The notes under the pieces: model-generated | The model's database searches: none | Seen by the model: only the letters and a program-made list of their open reading frames with translations | What the model was told of the DNA's origin: nothing | Made by a program: the position numbers and the translations under genes | Source: Macrostomum lignano | Taxonomy: Eukaryota | Length of the DNA stretch: 64,000 bases | Assembly (NCBI GenBank): GCA_002269645.1 | Contig: NIVC01001075.1 | Coordinates: 1-64,000, forward strand | Direction of reading: 5' to 3' | In this document: positions 1 to 13,600 of the stretch, piece after piece | Numbering within the stretch: the first letter of the stretch is position 1 | How the letters are laid out: each line of letters starts with the position of its first letter

Positions 1-770
1 TTCATCACGCGTCTGGAGCATCGGCGGCGACCGTCGAGACCTTCAACAAAAGCACCCGATCGGCAATCTCAGAGACGGCTGCGTTCCAAAACTGAAATTG
101 AAGAATCCTCTTTTGCATGCAGCATTCCGTCAATAGAGATAATCGGTGAATGAAATGGACGATAGCGACCCTCTAACTGACCTGTAGACATACAAGCGAC
201 CTTCGGTCGTTCAACGGAGTGCCACCACGCGGCCCCGACGAGCTGACACCGTCAATGCCAACATCCTGCTTTTTTATCAAGGCACCAAACCAGGCATGTC
301 TGCATATCTGCATATTATACAATGGTCCTGCATCATTTTCACCATTCAGCTCTATCCGGACGACCTTCGGGACCTTCAACGGAGTGCCACCACGCGGACC
401 TGACGCGCTGGCACCCCAAACATCGTGATTTTTCTATCAAGGCACCAAACCAGATATGTTTGCATATTATACAATGCTTTGCACCATATTAAGTTGAAGA
501 GTTACAGACCACGATGTTGGGGGTGCCAGCTCGTCAGGGCAGCGTGGTGGCACTCCGTTGAACGACCCGAAGGTCGCTTGTATGTCTACAGGTCAGTCTA
601 GAGGTCGCCATCGTCCATATCTTTCACCGATTGTGTCTACTGACGGAATGCTGCATGCAGAAGAGGATTCTTCCATTTCAGTTTTGGGAACGCAACCGTC
701 TCTGAAATTCCGATCGGTGCTTTTGTTGAAGGTCCCGACGGTCGCCGCCGATGCTCCAGACGGTGTTGAA
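1..770. repeat. Imperfect inverted duplication (arms ~1-265 and ~510-770) with a tandem duplication in the spacer (~210-335 vs ~372-476)
   Basis: The reverse complement of ~510-770 (ttcaacaccgtctggagcatcggcggcgaccgtcgggaccttcaacaaaagcacc...) aligns with 1-265 (ttcatcacgcgtctggagcatcggcggcgaccgtcgagaccttcaacaaaagcacc...), with scattered substitutions and indels. The left arm may extend beyond the window start. Confidence 0.85.
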
Positions 771-1658
771 TGGGACCTGGTGTCTGGGATGCTGAGAAGA
801 AAGGCCTCTACGACTGATATGCATAGTTTGTTGAGTCGACGTGGTTTCATGATGAGATTTTGTGAGCAGAAAAATTTTGCCAATGTTGGTGGATTTTGCC
901 ACCAGACACCCCGTGGAAAATCGTTGAATATCTCGACGATGCCGATTTTCGTGATTCTCGAAGTTGCTTCATCGAATAGAGCAGAAAATTTTAGCCCGTG
1001 TTCTGGATTTTCATGGCAATTGGTTTAATATTTTTGGAGATCCAGACAAAAGAAAGAATGTGTGTATTTGAAATACACCCCATGGTCTTTCTACTGTTAA
1101 GAATCTTAGTTTTCTAAACAAAAAGCTTTATGATTATCAGCAGAGCCATCAGAAAGGCAAGTCATATCAAAATATGGACATAGGGTCTGCCTCCTATCAA
1201 AGGTAAAAAATTTTGATGCAGAAAAAATGCAAACCTCAGGTCTCCTTATTGTCTTTCTTCGCTGAATCTGCCTCCTAAAATAGCTTAAAAACTTGAATAG
1301 ATAAAATAGAGATACAGAAGGCGCATTGATTTACACAAAGATCTTCCAACTATAAAAAAAGATGTAGCAAAAATGTGCTTTTCTAAATGTATATTCACCC
1401 CTGTTACTTACAGTAGACAGTAGTCTGAGGTAGGTCTTAAATTAATTTTTTGTTTTCTTGAGATGTTTTAGGAAAAAATAATATTTTAAAAGAGAAACCG
1501 ACAAATGAGATATTTGAAAACTCAAGGATGTACGTACTTGCTTTTCTAATGTGAGCAATGCAACTCAATCAGAGTGTTGCGTAATAAAATTTCGATCGTC
1601 AGACTTGTTCACAGTTTTTATCGTTCTTATTGGTTTGGTCAAAAATGGCGCCAAGGCC

Positions 1659-4600
1659 TCAGGCTGGCGCGGTGGCGCCGGTCCCGCTGCCGGCCGCTTT
1701 GCACAGCGTGAGAACAGCACCGATGGCCAGCGACAGCGCGGCGGCCGAGCACACGACAGCGCCGAGGCCGACGAGCTTGCGGAAGCTGGACAACTGGCTG
1801 ATGTCTGCGCCAGCAGCGCCTTTGCTTTTGAGTATTGCAATGATGCGCTCGCAGCCAGCTATGCGGCAGGTGACGTTCTCCAGACCGCTTCCCGGACACG
1901 TGACTGATTCGGCGGCTGACGGAGCTGGACAGTTGCACAGGCGCTGGCGGTACATGAAGCCGCTGTTGAACGGCCCGGCTGTGAAATTGCCCCAAGGACA
2001 CCAGGCTGCTGGAGCAGAACTCGTTGATGCAGCGCCGGTGGTGGACGCTGGGGTCGTGGTGGCGCAGGCGGTTGCATTGCACGGATAGTGCTCGACTGAG
2101 ACGCCCGAGCAGGCGACTCCGATGTCATTGGGTGCGGAACAGTTGCACTGTCGGGTGCGCGACACCGCACCATAGGTGTATACGAGTTCAGACCAGGCGC
2201 ACCAACTGCCATTTACCTGAGCCAGCCAATCTGTCGTGTTACCTTGACACGTCTCTCCCAGTACTGACGCGGTGGGCACTCGCAGGTTCGATTCCGGACG
2301 CCCCAGCCGCCTTCGACGGTGTAGTTGCTCCAGGCGCACCAGCTACCGTTGACAATCTGGCGCGTGTCCACAGCCGAGCCGGGGCAGACAGTTGAACCTC
2401 CAAAGTCGCCGCCAGTCGGACAGCTGCAGTTTCGCTGTCGGGTCTCGTTGCCAGACCCGTCGGCTGCGTAGGCGGACCAGGCGCACCAGGTCGCGTTTAT
2501 AGAGAGGCCAGACTCGGTCGAGTTTCCCGAGCAGACAGCTGAGCCTCCGTGGGCTGGCACAGCAGGACAGGCGCAGCTGCGGTTCCGCGTGCCAACGCCG
2601 GTGGCAGGGTCGACAATGTAGCTGGACCAGGCGCACCAGGCTGCGTCCTGCTTCAATCCGGTGTCGTTTCCACTTCCGGAACAGTCGGTGCCCCGAAGGC
2701 CACAGCCGGACAGTTGCACGCCCGAGTTCGTGTACCGTAGTCTCCTCCAGGTGACAGGGTGTAGCTACTCCAGGCACACCAACTACCATTAATCACCACC
2801 TGAGTCTCATTGGCAGCTCCGATGCAGTCGGCACCGCCGTATGCCGGGGCGGAGCAGTTGCAACTTCTCGCTCTGGTACTATTAGCGCCAGACACTATGT
2901 AGGGTCCCCATGGACACCAGGTGCCGTTAACTACCCTCTGAGTCTCACTAGCATTGCCTGGACAGGGTTGGCCGCCGAACGCGGGCGCTGAGCAGTTGCA
3001 AAGTCGCGAACGGTTGCTAAACTCCCCGTTGACTTGATAAGCGCTCCATGCGCACCAGCTGCCGTCCACTGCGGAGCCCGATTCGGTTGCCGAACCAACA
3101 CAGTCCACGCCGCCGTACTCAGCTGCACTGCAGTTGCACTGACGCGTTCTCGTCCCGACGCCACCAGCCACAGAGAAGGCACTCCAGCCACACCAGCTGC
3201 CATTGATGACTGTGCCAGAGTCGGTTGCTGGTCCTGCACAGTCGACACCGCCGTACGCTGGTTTGCTGCAGTTGCATTGTCGTGTTCTTGTTCCAACCCT
3301 CCTGTCACTGAATAGGCGCTCCATCCGCACCAGGTACCATTAACGACCGTACCAGAGTCAGTGCCAGAACCGGGACAATCAACTCCGCCGTACGATGGTG
3401 AGCTACAGTTGCACTGACGAGTTCTAGTCCCGATGCCGCTGGACACTGCGAATGCACCCCAATCGCACCAGGTGCCGTTCACTGCCGTACCGGAATCGCT
3501 AGCGGAGCCGACGCAGTCGTTGCCGCCGTACGCCGGAGCGCTGCAGTTGCACTGTCGCGTTCTAGTTCCAACTCCAGAAATCACAGAGAACGGGCTCCAA
3601 CCGCACCAGCTGCCGTTAACGACAGCTCCTGAGTCGATGGCAGACCCAAGGCAGTCTGTACCGCCATACGCTGGAGCGCTGCAGTTGCACTGACGTGTCC
3701 TAGTGCCGACGCCTGAAGCCATGGAGAAGGCGCTCCATCCGCACCAGCTACCATTTGTTACCAAACCCGTGTCATTTCCGCTGCCAGGACAGTCCAATCC
3801 GCTGTTTGCCGGTGCCGGGCAAGCGCAGGCGCGAGTCCGGGTGGCAAAACCTCCGCCTGCCGGTGCGTAGGCAGACCACGGGCACCAAGTCCCGTTGACT
3901 ACTGCCCGCCATTCGGTGCTGTTTCCCTCGCATGTTGTGCCGTTGCCAGCAACGCTCGGACAGCTACAGTTCCGTTCGCGCATCTGCCACTCGCTGCTCA
4001 CTGTACTCCAGTCGGTCCAGTTGCACCAGCCGCCGTTGATGTCTAGCTGGTCGCATACGTTCAAATTGGACTTCTCCAGATCGGAGATCTCTTCGAATAG
4101 CCATACAGTAGGAGTGCTTGATTGCAGAGTGAGCACAGAGTAGCCGCTGACAGTGCTTGGCGCCAGGAAGTATCCGGCAGTATCGTTGAACGAAGATTTT
4201 ATTGTGTACAGTCCACTGCCGCCACTGCCACCGGCTGAGTCAACAATCCAAAATTCGCGTTCTTTTGTTATGTTCTCAAAAGTGGCGTCTGCAACATCGG
4301 AGGACCAAGCGTCAGCCGGGGTGTAGCATGGCACAACGCTTCTGAAGATGAAGAAACCGTTAGGCTGAGGCATGGCCTCCCACATGACTGCGGCTTCGGT
4401 GCTTGGAGCGGTCAGAGCCAGTCGTCGCGAACCGTAAGCTGCCAGTGGAGCTGTGGAATTCGCCGCGGCAATGCTAGCGTTACAAAAACTTCCGCCGCTG
4501 CCGCAGCCAGTCTGCAGGTAGATCCTGTAAAAGCCCCAACGTAGCGCGAGTGTCTTGATGCCAACGTAGCTTCTGTAGTAGGGGCAGAATCGGATGCGCT

Positions 4601-5345
4601 TATTGGGCTGGTAGTAGCGCTCTGTACTGCACCAGATCAGGTACCAGGGAAAGCCGGCCCCACTGGTGCAGTCGTCGTAACACTTTCCATTATAGTAGAA
4701 TGGAAAAGTACAGTTAGCATAAGGATCAGCCTGGGTGTATATGACGGAATAGCTGCTCAGCTGCGGCGTGATGTAGGCCGGCTCTGATGCGTTAAGCCGG
4801 GCGCAGCTCTGCGATGCCGCACCAGAAATTGTATAAGCGCAGTATTTGAAGTTGTTATCGATGATAGCGCTCTCTGCAGTGGTGGCGCACCACGGCTCAG
4901 TTGTAGTGGTCAGGCAGTCATAGTGACACTTGCCGTTATACAGAAACGGGAACACACACTTGGTCCCGGAGCCGAGGCCAGCGTAGAGTACAGACGGCTC
5001 GGAACTCTGAGCCGCGGTTGCCAGACCGGAACAGTTTTCCTGCGTCAGGTTCGCCAGCCGATAGTTGCAGTATCGCCACAGGGTGCTGCTGGCGCCGTAG
5101 TCGCAGGAGGTCGCGCACCAGAAGCGGCACTGGCCGCTCGAGCAATACTCGGTGCAATCGTTGTAAGTGTTGGAGCCGTCCGCAAATGGGAAATAGCAGA
5201 CGCTGCCTGAGCCGCCCCCAGTGGTAGAGATTGTGACTCTGCTGTCTGAAGTTGAGTTGGGGGGATTGCAGCTGAGCGCTAGGGAAATCTGAATCAGCAG
5301 CAAGAGAAGCAGGGGCAGCAGACGCTGTCCAACTGTCAGGATCAT
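1659..5345 (-). CDS. Intronless type I membrane/cell-surface protein: signal peptide, 3 fibronectin type II-like domains, ~150-aa unassigned domain, 15 thrombospondin type-1-like repeats, TM helix, short tail (~1229 aa after correcting three 1-nt deletions)
   Basis: ATG at 5345 gives MILTVGQRLLPLLLLLLIQISLALS. FN2-like motifs: CYFPF...CTEY...FWCATS, CVFPFLYNGKCHYDC...PWCATT, CTFPFYYNGKCYDDC...WCSTE. Repeats follow NG(S/T)WCxWS...RTRQCNCS.P.YGG.DC.G. ORFs 2931-5366, 2653-3330, 2213-2719 and 1659-2339 join if one G is restored in G-runs at ~3297-3299, ~2691-2694 and ~2257-2259. TM: LVGLGAVVCSAAALSLAIGAVLTLC; stop at 1659. Confidence 0.85.
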
Positions 5346-6281
5346 CTTCGAGTCTTTTTTATTCAATGATGTATTTGTCTTCGATTCGAGCGTAGCAGCG
5401 TAGCGGTGCAGTTTATATAATTTTCCGAATGTCTAAACCCATTATAAGCCCCTGTGGATTTTGTCACACATTGTTCTTCGAGGACTGCAATAAGCATCAA
5501 TGCAACCATTGCCTCATTAGATTAAAAGAACAAAATTGAGTACGAGATAGGCAAATAATAGAAGGCAAAAGGCTCCACTCGAGCCTGGAGTGTCCCACTT
5601 AGACTAATGGATGCTGAGTGCATTGCCTGCATCGCTTGCGCTCGAATTGGCCTGCCTGTGCACTCCTGGCCAACGTTTCAAGTACCACTGCGACAATGGG
5701 GGGTTGCGAAGGAGAGTGATGAGGTAGCGCCGCAGGGTGCTGAAATGGAACAGGTGATTTGCCAATTAACAGAGGCGCGAGAACATAACAGGGGGCCCAT
5801 TTAGAGTGACATGCCTTTCGCACAATGCCTTGCAGGCTCGGCTGCAGAAACTGGCAGCCCGTGAGAAAGAAGCCCTGTTGAAAATAAGCTGCGTGCGACC
5901 GTTTCCACTTATTTATCATCTCATTCCGCCTGCCTAAATACGTCAGGCATGGCTTCAATAAAAACAAAAGAAGCAAAAGGACTTTCAGTTTGAATTATTT
6001 TACAACTCTTGATGTGAAATCTTCTTTTCTTGAGCGAAGCGCTCGCCTTTCCGTTTAAACTGGAAAACACTTGTTTTATTATTAAGTTTCCAATGAGACT
6101 TTGACAGCTTTGACAAGCCACCAATGCGTACGTGACTGCAGATCAATAGATGAACCATTAGATAAAAAAGGTTTGAGATTGAGTACTCGTATATGAATGT
6201 CTTTTTATTGGACTTTAAGGTTTGCTGCAACTACAGAACTGCCTAGCACTTTGCAACTGATATTTCAATGTTCGAGAAATA

Positions 6282-6756
6282 TGGCTTTTTGCAGCCCATT
6301 AGGGCTTACGCGCATTTAATTTAATCCAAGATAGGTTTGCCAATGTAACGGAGCTTTTGTCTATGGCAGCAAGGCTGCCACAGCGGCACTTAATTTAGTC
6401 CAACAAGCATCCATTTGGTCCATAGCTTTATTTGCAACTGTTGCGGAGGAGCAAGATCAGCCCCAGAATTGTGAACCATGCTAGGTTGTCGAACGTATGC
6501 CACTGGCTTGTGATCAAAGCACTCAACAGAGGTGAACACCCAAAGGACATTGCAAGGTTGCTGAATATAGAAGAAAGATGACTTTACAGCATCCATCAGC
6601 GTGTTGAAACCACTTCTGGCTTAGGTCGCCTGTGAAAGGTGGCAATCGCCAAGACGAACCCTTTGTTGACGTTGCAGAAATGCAGCAAACGTCATTGGCA
6701 AACCTATCTTGGATTAAATTCAATGCGCGTAAGCCCAAATGGGCTGCAAAAAGCTA
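6282..6756. mobile_element. MITE (non-autonomous DNA transposon), 64-bp terminal inverted repeats, TA-flanked (Tc1/mariner-like)
   Basis: 6282-6345 (tggctttttgcagcccattagggcttacgcgcatttaatttaatccaagataggtttgccaatg) is the near-perfect reverse complement of 6693-6756. TA at 6280-6281 and 6757-6758. No transposase ORF inside. Confidence 0.8.
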
Positions 6757-7099
6757 TATTTGATGATCTATGAGTATTTATATCGCATTTATGCGTAGCG
6801 ACCAAAGAACAACTAACTACAAGCAAAAATTTGTGTAGAGTATATACTTCTACAGACTGCTCAAGTCATTAGCAACGTAGCAACAATGGAAATGACAAAT
6901 ATTCAAAAGTCAGAGCAAAGTTTCTTTTGCTTGATTTCATTTGGTTGATAAATTTTTGCAGTTTTTTCCACAGTTACTCTGCTTTGACTTTATTGAACTT
7001 AAAACTCTTAAACGTTACTAAACTCGCGTTTTCAAAACAAATAAGAAAAAAATTTCCGTGGCGGATCCAGACCGAATAAGTTAGCCAAGAGCTTCCTCA

Positions 7100-7430
7100 C
7101 TCATCTCGCGTGCTCGTTGGTCGTCAGGACCCGGATCTTCTATCAGAGTGGATCCTCCGCCGACAAGACTAACGACAAGCGGCTGCTGACCATGGGCTCT
7201 CCGGCTCTCTCCTGCCCTGATGCTAGCTCGTACTGCTCTCTCCTCCCAGATGCTAGCTCGTACTGCTCTCTCCTCCCCAGATGCTAGCTCGTACTGCTCT
7301 CTCCTCCCCAGATGCTAGCTCGTACTGCTCTCTCCTCCCCAGATGCTAGCTCGTACTGCTCTCTCCTCCCCATACGCTCACGTGTTCGTTGGTCATCAGG
7401 ACCCTGTCATTCTATCAGAGTGGATCCTCC
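7100..7430. repeat. Five copies of a ~31-bp tandem repeat (7220-7371) bracketed by ~55-bp imperfect direct repeats
   Basis: Unit gatgctagctcgtactgctctctcctcccca. The flank cgt(g)ttcgttggtc(g/a)tcaggaccc...tctatcagagtggatcctcc occurs at ~7105-7158 and ~7378-7430. Confidence 0.8.
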
Positions 7431-7630
7431 ACCGCAACATTGGTTTCTAAGCAACAGCTAAGCAACACGAATAGATGTTATAACACTTGTTGCGCACCCA
7501 CTCACGCCAAAAGACTCCACTACGAATTTAAATTTCGTCGCTCGAGTAAAAAGACGTAGAATGCATGCAACGTCGAGTTTTAACCATTGGTATCAATACA
7601 CAAATCAAATTGAAGAGTAGCAACACACAA

Positions 7631-10600
7631 TTACTCAGCAATGTACACATAGTACACCCAATAACCCAGGTTAAACATGCCGAACGACAGAGGAAACGCA
7701 GCTCTCGAGATCCTGTCGATCATCTCAGCGCTGCTAACGAACTCCTCCTCCTGCAGGCTGCCGTGGCTCCCACCGAATGGACTGTCGGAGTCGCCACTAC
7801 CGACAGACTGGAAGGCGACCCGTCTGCGCAGGCCGCCGATCCCACCGCCGCCATCACCCGAGGTGGCGCCAGCCGCGCCAGCACCGACGCTTCGAGAATT
7901 ATTAATAAGGGTATCCGTCTCGCAGCTCCCGGTAGCAGCGTCCGCCTCTCGGTTCATGAAAGTCATCATCGGGATGGCCTGAGAGCGGTTCTGAAAATTG
8001 AATGCAACAAATGTCTTGTGAGATTGTCTTTGTCAGGTACAAGCAGACTCTCCTCTCCTCTCCTCTCCTCTCCTCTCCTCTCCTCTCCTCTCCTCTCCTC
8101 TCCTCTCTCCTCTCCTCTCCTCTCCTCTCCTCTCCTCTCCTCTCCTCTCTCCTCTCCTCTCCTCTCCTCTCCTCTCCTCTCCTCTCCTCTCATCTCCTCT
8201 CCTCTCCTCTCCTCTCCTCTCCTCTCCTCTCCTCTCCTCTCCTCTCCTCTCCTCTCCTCTCCTCTCCTCTCCTCTCCTCTCCTCTCCTCTCCTCTCCTCT
8301 CCTCTCCTCTCCTCTCCTCTCCTCTCCTCTCCTCTCCTCTCCTCTCCTCTCCTCTCCTCTCCTCTCCTCTCCTCTCCTCTCCTCTGTCATCTCTTATCTC
8401 CTCTTTTTTACTCTTTTTCTCCCATTTCCTCTATTTTACTCTCTCAGCTGGCTCGCAGCAATGATCTAGATTATATTTCGGCCCCCTGACATTAAAATTT
8501 TGCCGACCTCTGAGTCAATGAGTCCCGAGCCAACTCGGTAAGTGATTTACACGGCACTAAAATAGTATGGAAGACTTCAAAAAGTGTAGGTACAAAAGAA
8601 GTACTTCATATTTGACTATCGACGAAAGCGCCAGGTTTCCCAGGTGACAAACTGTTAAGAAGTTTTAATTAAATGACACTTAACGGCATACCCTCTTGTT
8701 AGATCCAACGCTATTGTCTCTTGCCTCGGCCAGCGCTGCACTCCGCTCGTCCAACATCCTGCGCAGGTTCTCCCAGCGTTCCAGAGTGCTGTGCTGCCGG
8801 GCCAGCACGTTCGCAATGGCGTACTCGATCAGGGCACCGAACACGAACACCAGGCAGGTGGACATCCACACGTCTATGGCCTGATTGGGACAGTGAGGGT
8901 TTGTGCTGTGTCATTTACAATCATTGGTCTACATTTCTTGATACGATCCCTTAGATATCCTCGGAAAAGCTACAGAAGGGCTCATCTCAAAAATCTCGTG
9001 ACGCAAACGGCAAAGCAGTCAAAGCGCTCTATAGCTTAAACTTTGCATCTTTTGCTTTCTCTTCCCCAGCCAGCATTTCCTGGAGCTTCATCGCCAACTC
9101 TGAATGCATTTCTGTTGACACGTAGAAACTATAAAAAGTTGTAAACACGATCGTAGCCGCTCCAGCAATACGGGCAGCCAACAGAAAGGTTGAATGACAA
9201 AGCAAATTCTCTGGTCAGCTTTTGCTGAACAAAAAGCAGTTGAGCCTCTATTTGCTCACCCGGAGCTACGGACAGGAAGTTGGACTCCCAAAGCGGAGCA
9301 TCCGGCTTTCTTCTCGCCCAGTTCTGGCTTCTGGACTCGGCAGAGTTGATGGAGTACATTGTCAGAGCAATTTCCCCTCAGCATTCACGTCCATTTTTTC
9401 TCGGTCTCCCTGCTCCCTTCTCTATCTGATCTGTTCATTCAGCTTGGCTCTTTGTTAGGAAAACAAACCACGTTAAAAGTTTAGACAAGTTAGCCAGCCC
9501 CCACTTTAACAACTGAGAACTTATCAGATTTCGATGGATGCATCAACTTAAATGAGTGGCTGTCAAAATTATAAAGTATTCTTTGATTATCAATCAATTT
9601 ATCCTAACAGAGTGAGTTTCGGCAAGTACTCAGGTGAATAATAGGCTGCTTGCGTCACGTTCGAAGGAGGCTGTAAGATCTTATGTGAATTAATAATAAT
9701 AGTATTTGATTACACCTGCTCAATTGGGCCAGGTGTGCAACCGACAGCTCAGCCGCAGCTATTGCGCGGCGCATCTGAAGGCTGCGTACGGCTGTTCAGT
9801 CCAAGGACTGGGGGGGGGGGTCGCCACACACACCCTCAGTTCCCCAGGCTATTGCAGACACCCATTTTACAGCTGGGTGAACTAAAGCAATGCAGAGTCA
9901 AGTAGTGTCTTGCTCAAGGACACAAGCTGTTCCGATTGGGTCGAGAATCGAACCCCCGACCTTTCAGTCGTGGCTACAAACCCCTTATGAACGTAGAAAA
10001 TTGACAGGCGACCTCCATCCCCTTCACAAGAGAGTAAAGGCACTTTCTTAGCTAAGTAAAATTCGCAGCAGCTTCCAACAGTGCAGTCAGAGAAAGCTCT
10101 CCGAATTGGGTTTCCCCTCTCTCCCCCCATCCTCCCCTGCCCTTGCATGCCAAGCGAATAAAGACGTCTGCGACGGGTCGGCTGGCGCAAAAAGTAGGAA
10201 ATTCCTTCTAGAAGAAGTGAGTGCCTTTTTCTTTGGGCGGTGGAGGTCAACCAACCGATGCTGCTAGTGAGACCGGCTTAAAAATTGGGTCCAAATTGAA
10301 TTATCCACCCCCCCCCCCGAAAGCTGCTGGAGACTGGCGGCTGATCCCAGTGGGAAATGAAAGTGGCTGGGGTACATAAGTACGGCTTGAGCTGAGGAGA
10401 ATGAAGGAAGTTTCTTTTATCCCTTTCCTCATCTGACATCAGCTACTTAGTTTTCTTATTAATGACAGCATTTTTGTCCTTCGTCAATCAGTGAGAAGGA
10501 CACTATTAGCTATATAACATCATGACGTTCTAGATTACCTTCCGGACATTAAAAACGAGTCTGAAGTCCTTAACACCTATGCAAGGCATTTGTGTTGACC

Positions 10601-13600
10601 AGAAAACTATTCTGAAGTCAATTAAAACGTTTTTGAAGGAGAAACCGATAAAACAAATATTGGACGAGAGCCTAACCCTTCAATGGAGGAATCTAGCACG
10701 CTGACGAGTGCGTCAATGGCTGAAACACGAGTGCGCGTAGCGCTCGAGGGTTTTTGCCATAGACGCACAAGTCAAAGTGCTTGATTCCCATTCTTATTTG
10801 ATCCAACATGTGTGGCTAAAGTAGACAAGGGTGGAGCTGGGGGTGTGGAGTTAAACTTGAACCATAGACAAAATATGCGCGAGCTAGTCTGAACATTCTT
10901 GCACGATTGAAAGAAGATTATGCTTGTAGTCTATGGCTGTTATTCTAAATATAGAAACATTGCGCATTACATTCTTGCACGATTGACATTCCTGCACGGA
11001 GTGCACATGCAAATTCAAGATGCTTTTACCATAGACACTTGCATTTCTGCACGCATATGGCGACTTCCAAAGCATTCTTGCACGCTGGATCAAATAAGAA
11101 TGATATATTCACGCACGAGTGAACGTGAAGGAATTCCATTGTCGGATGATTCATCGTGCAGGAATGCACAAAACCGTGCAGGAATGCATTTCTGCGCCTA
11201 ATGCTTTTTCAGTGAGATTTTACCATAGACATCCATTCCTGCACGCAAAAGAGTGCAAGAATGCCATTCTTGCATGGAAAATCAGCCGACAATGGATGTG
11301 ATCTTTCGAAGTTCAACCGTGCCTACCAGCACACCAGCCGCTAGAGAACGAAAGAAAGAATGAAATCTAAGAAATCGTCTATGGCTAAAACTCTTTATTT
11401 TGTGAATCGAAAAAATAGTAACTAATAATAAGCATTTTGCAGAGAATCAAATATTCTTCAAATCAGACAGCGTTAAGTGGTATAAAATTTACTAAATACT
11501 TATAATGCATACGAGTTTTTCTATTTAATGAAGTCAGCCATCGACAATTGCAGCGGGTGGAATCCGCCGTGCGTTTCAACCCGTTTCAACCCGTTTCAAC
11601 CCGTTTCAACCCGTTTCAACCCACTTAGGCCAACTATAACAACACTCCCGCGTAGATAAAAAAAACTTCATCTTTAGAATCTCCTCAAAAAATTCGAGCT
11701 TTCGCCTGACATTTTAACATGCCAAAACCTACAAGTGAACTGTCAAATTTGTCTCAAAGAATGCCTTTCTCAATAGTTCTTTACACGGCAGACCTAGTCA
11801 CGAAAACTTTCACAATTGCTGCCTTCGCTCCCGCTTTCTCCTGCTAACGGATCCGAGAATGAAGAAAAAAGTTCTGCGTGTCAGGAAAAATTTCTCAAAT
11901 CTTATTCGGCCGGCTCTGGGAGCGGAACAGAGGACCCCTCAGCAGCAAAATGTTGAGGGGCTGCATGGCTTTGCACCAAGCCAGAAAAACTTCATTCCTT
12001 TAGTCGAATTCTAATCCAGAATTGAGAAGACAAAAAAGGACAATAGCCAGATTGAGATTCCCTGTGAGCTGCTCAAGAGGTCCTCAATAGTCTCACCTAA
12101 AGCTGACAGAGCAGCTTCAGTGCCATGAATAGGCGGAGTCAGAAGGCCTGATAAAATCGATAACGCCGGCCAACCTCTACAAGAGTCACGAAAAACACGG
12201 AGGCAATTCTGAATGTTCTTCCGCTGCATTCTAAACCCCCCCTCTCTATATCATGGCTGCGGACAGTCTTTAGACAGATTAGACTGCTTATAAATCAGTT
12301 AAAGTTTCTTCCTCTTTACGCTTAATCCAAAAGAGATTTAGTAGAACTACTATTGAATTGAAGAAAGTGAAGTAAAATCATTGTGTAGGGAAAACCAACA
12401 GCGGACACAATTGGGAGCTCCTGGTCTTAAGGTGAAAAATCCATATCTGAAACCTTACAAACAGCGGTATAGATCATACCAATCATAACAAACCTTGATG
12501 TAGGACACCCTGGGCAGCTGTCCCAATGCCCCAGAGCTCTGCGTAGTCATGCTGAGAACCGTCAGCAAGCCAAGACTGATCCTGGCTGGCACCGCTCTGA
12601 CGTCGATCCAAAATGACACCCAGCTCAGGATGACAATCAGAATGCTGGGTATGTAGGTCTGGATCAAGTAGAACCCCGACTTTCGGTTCAGGTAAAATGT
12701 CACCAGCAGATATGAGTAGTCGCCTAAATAGGAATGTCCAGGTTCACGGCAAGACGCCATTGACAATTGAGCTCTCCCACTTTCTCCTCCCCAGATGCTA
12801 CCGCTCTCCCCTCCCAACTCTATCACTGTCCCCCATAACTCTAGAGATTCCCATGACTTTTTGCATCTGAATTACCCCCAGCAGCAACCGCAACTCACCA
12901 GTGAGATATTTCACAACGCAAGTCTCCGTACTGATATTTGGGGGCGTGACAAACTCGGGCAGTTCTAAGTCATCGCTGAACTCGACCCTCTCGTCAATCT
13001 TAGCCACCCATTCGAACAAGAGCTGATGGGTTGTGTAACCGTCTGAAAATACGAGTAGAGTGTCTCAGGCTCATTCGAAGGTCAAGGCAGTAATGCCCAT
13101 GTATGCCCACGCAGGATGTTCTGACTGTCTTACAATGGGGTTGGCCCTCATGGGTATAAATCATTCGACAAGTTCAAAATTAATGAAGTAATCGAGGTCG
13201 AGCACGGAATCTAACCTGGGCAGTTTCGCGCGCTAGACAGGGTTGATAAGAACGTATTCTAGAAGTGTTTATATAATACTGTAGCTAGTAGTGATCATAA
13301 TGTAACCGCATTCTGGCAGCTGTTCCGGATGATCAGAGAGGCAGTCAGAAAAGACTGACCAGCAGTCAGCTGTCGTTGACCTATTTGTCCTATGAATTTG
13401 CGAAAATAAAAATGACTGTCCTTCTATGCTTGACAGGGAGGCATTCATAGAGACTCATTCCCCCTCTACATTTCCATCTGTCTGTCTTCTAAAGCCGTTT
13501 TACTCAGCACTGTTGCAGAAGTGGAGAGGCCTGCGTTTGCGTTTATAGAAAGGCAGAACAGGTGTTTCAACAGGCCCAAGTTGCTATACCGAAAAAAGCA

